From: a virus
IMG/VR virus record: IMGVR_UViG_3300045988_162231
Coordinates: 1 to 15,233 of that record
Direction: 5' to 3' (one strand)
DNA: 15,233 nt
In this document: in pieces, positions 13,771-15,233 of the stretch
Position numbering within the stretch: position 1 is the first letter of the stretch
Layout: each line of letters opens with the position of its first letter
The notes under the pieces: generated by a model
The model's input: the letters and a program-made list of their open reading frames with translations, nothing else
What the model was told of the DNA's origin: nothing
Database searches by the model: none
Made by a program: the position numbers and the translations under genes

Positions 13771-13803
13771 AAAAAAATACAAGGGTTTACCTTGTATTTT
13801 TTA
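13771..13803 (-). terminator. Intrinsic terminator after the right early genes
   Basis: The stem ATACAAGG (13777-13784) pairs with CCTTGTAT (13790-13797) around a 5-nt loop. It is flanked by A6 and T5-6, so it can work in both directions. It starts at the stop codon of the 80-aa ORF. Confidence 0.8.
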
Positions 13804-14043
13804 TTTTAGTAAAGTTTTTATTAAATCATTTATACTCTTTTTATGACTATCAATTACTTGGTCATCTAAGTTATTTTCTTTAATAACTTTAGCTAAGATA
13901 GATAATACTATATCAACATCAACTATATGTTCTTTCACTAAAGAATCAATTATTGTTCCAAATTCATTAATAATACTTTTTCTATTTCCTGTAATTTCAC
14001 AAACTGTACATTTTTTATTTTCATTCCATTTTGCTCTAATCAT
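13801..14043 (-). CDS. Hypothetical early protein (80 aa)
   Basis: ATG 14043 overlaps the upstream stop (TAATG), with RBS AAGGGG. No recognisable motif. Confidence 0.6.
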   Translation of the reverse strand: MIRAKWNENKKCTVCEITGNRKSIINEFGTIIDSLVKEHIVDVDIVLSILAKVIKENNLDDQVIDSHKKSINDLIKTLLK

Positions 14044-14348
14044 TATATATCATACCCCTTTTCTTTTAATATTTTAGATAATGCTTTAAATTTTAATTTT
14101 ACTATATCAGGTATTGGCTGAGAATTTAATATTTCATTATATCCGTCCATTAATTTATCATATATATTTTTTTCAATTTGTATATAATTAGATATTAAAT
14201 CATATAAATTATTTATAATTTCATCTGACATTTGAGGGATTCTTTCCTTAAACCCTGTACTTTCTATCATTAAATTTCTTTTTTCTAATACTTTTATTAT
14301 TTTTTCTTCTTTCTCAGTTCTATTCAATTTTGCTTTTTTATCTTCCAT
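14043..14348 (-). CDS. Hypothetical early protein (101 aa)
   Basis: Start moved from GTG 14357 to ATG 14348. The GTG is part of the RBS GAAGGGTG, which sits 6 nt before the ATG, matching the spacing of other genes here. The protein is helical and K/E-rich. No recognisable motif. Confidence 0.6.
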   Translation of the reverse strand: MEDKKAKLNRTEKEEKIIKVLEKRNLMIESTGFKERIPQMSDEIINNLYDLISNYIQIEKNIYDKLMDGYNEILNSQPIPDIVKLKFKALSKILKEKGYDI

Positions 14349-14353
14349 ATTTT

Positions 14354-14668
14354 TCACCCTTCTATATAATATAAGTTTAAAAATGATTTGTTTGTTATTT
14401 TACCATTAAAATTGTATTCTTTTTGTATATTTTCTTTTGCTGGCTTTAATGCTGTTGTCATCATATTTTCAATGTTCCTTGGACTTACAAAATATAATTC
14501 GGCAAGTTCTTTATAAAGGTCTTTTATAGTATATTTTGGTAGCATTGTTTTACCTTTTGTATATAGCATTAAGGCTGTATTCCAGATTATAAAACCTTTG
14601 CTATTAATATTAAAACCTAAGTTCTTTAAATAATCTGTATTTTCTAAATACTCTTTTGTTTTGCTCAA
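14354..14668 (-). CDS. Stand-alone Spo0A C-terminal (DNA-binding) domain-like protein
   Basis: Start moved from GTG 14677 to TTG 14668 (RBS AGGGGTGATAAAA), giving 104 aa. Matches to the B. subtilis Spo0A C-domain, recalled from memory: [20 protein letters not shown] vs [49 protein letters not shown] vs [36 protein letters not shown] vs KPTNSEFI. No receiver domain is present. Confidence 0.65.
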   Translation of the reverse strand: [104 protein letters not shown]

Positions 14669-14685
14669 TTTTATCACCCCTTTCT

Positions 14686-14714
14686 ATTATATCATATTTT
14701 ACAATACTATACAA
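14686..14714 (-). promoter_or_regulatory. Second early promoter of the right arm
   Basis: The minus strand reads TTGTAT (14714-14709), a 17-nt spacer, then TGaTATAAT (-10 at 14691-14686). It lies just upstream of the Spo0A_C-like gene RBS. Confidence 0.6.
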
Positions 14715-14719
14715 TACAT

Positions 14720-14881
14720 TTACATATATTTATCTATTAAATTATACATTATATATTTATATAAATTAAACTTAAATATCCTATAACTTATTAATTGTAT
14801 TGTCATAAATATAATAAAACCTATTAATAAATAAAATATTATAATTCCTGCATCAAATAATAAAATTGCTAATTTTTCCAT
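14720..14881 (-). CDS. Small membrane protein (53 aa), not in the ORF track
   Basis: ATG at 14881 lies 9 nt after RBS GGAAAGGGG (14899-14891). It is the first gene after the right ITR promoter. Translation: MEKLAILLFDAGIIIFYLLIGFIIFMTIQLISYRIFKFNLYKYIMYNLIDKYM. It has one clear transmembrane span (about aa 4-31) and a basic/aromatic tail. Confidence 0.5.
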   Translation of the reverse strand: MEKLAILLFDAGIIIFYLLIGFIIFMTIQLISYRIFKFNLYKYIMYNLIDKYM

Positions 14882-14906
14882 ATATTATTACCCCTTTCCT
14901 ATATTT

Positions 14907-15233
14907 CCTATATTATAACAAAAAATGATAAAAGTCAATAAAAAGAGTAAAAATAAATATTACAAATGTAATACATTGGCTTTACATAATATACTTTAGT
15001 TTACATAATATAGTTTTATGTAAACTTCTTATTTGTATTTTGTTAACTCGCTCTATCCCTTGGGGCTCTAGGCTTTTAGGCTTTTTGTAAAATAATAATA
15101 ATATTATGTTAACTTGAGTTATTTCCAGTTATTGTAAGCCTTGTAACCGTTACGGCTCTAAGGTTGCAGGTTTGCGTATGTTTGTTCGGTTTACATAATT
15201 GGGGAACATAAAAAGTTTATATAATGAACTCTT
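14907..15233. repeat. Right inverted terminal repeat (327 bp, perfect)
   Basis: Exact reverse complement of 1-327 (see left ITR). Confidence 0.97.
14912..14938 (-). promoter_or_regulatory. Early promoter in the inner edge of the right ITR, reading inward (exact copy of 296-322)
   Basis: Mirror image of the left promoter: TTGACT (14938-14933), then TGtTATAAT (-10 at 14917-14912). The first downstream gene starts at 14881. Confidence 0.6.

Noticed and set aside
1-15233. tRNA genes, CRISPR arrays, integrase/repressor lysogeny module, transposase
   Set aside because: I saw no cloverleaf-like GC-rich segment and no spacer-repeat periodicity. No ORF has recombinase or transposase motifs. All sizeable ORFs are accounted for by phage functions.

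Overview
Perfect 327-bp inverted terminal repeats sit exactly at both window ends (1-327 is the reverse complement of 14907-15233). Everything between them is tightly packed phage genes. The window therefore reads as one complete 15,233-bp linear genome of a small, AT-rich, phi29-like (protein-primed, Picovirinae-type) podophage, probably of a low-GC Gram-positive, clostridium-like host. The plus arm (399-6595) encodes an SSB-like protein, a terminal-protein candidate, a protein-primed family-B DNA polymerase, a gp16-like packaging ATPase, a gp9-like tail knob and two tiny ORFs. The minus arm (14881-6714) starts with four small early genes, including a 53-aa membrane ORF missing from the track and a receiver-less Spo0A C-terminal-domain protein. 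It continues with a GH25 endolysin and an M23 peptidase, then holin, scaffold, capsid (Big_2), portal, lower collar and two fibre proteins. The arms converge on a hairpin terminator at 6602-6627. Items most worth a second look: (1) an orphan late-type promoter plus terminator (6594-6709) predicting an ~80-nt RNA whose terminal loop is an exact antisense of the phage's own RBS block AGAGGTGATAA; (2) an ITR packed with iterated motifs that carries the same inward promoter at both ends, plus an outward promoter-like arrangement; (3) the stand-alone Spo0A_C protein; (4) a fibre stalk with 26 consecutive heptad core positions that are all alanine. All homology calls come from reading motifs by eye against remembered phi29 and Spo0A sequences. 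No search was run.
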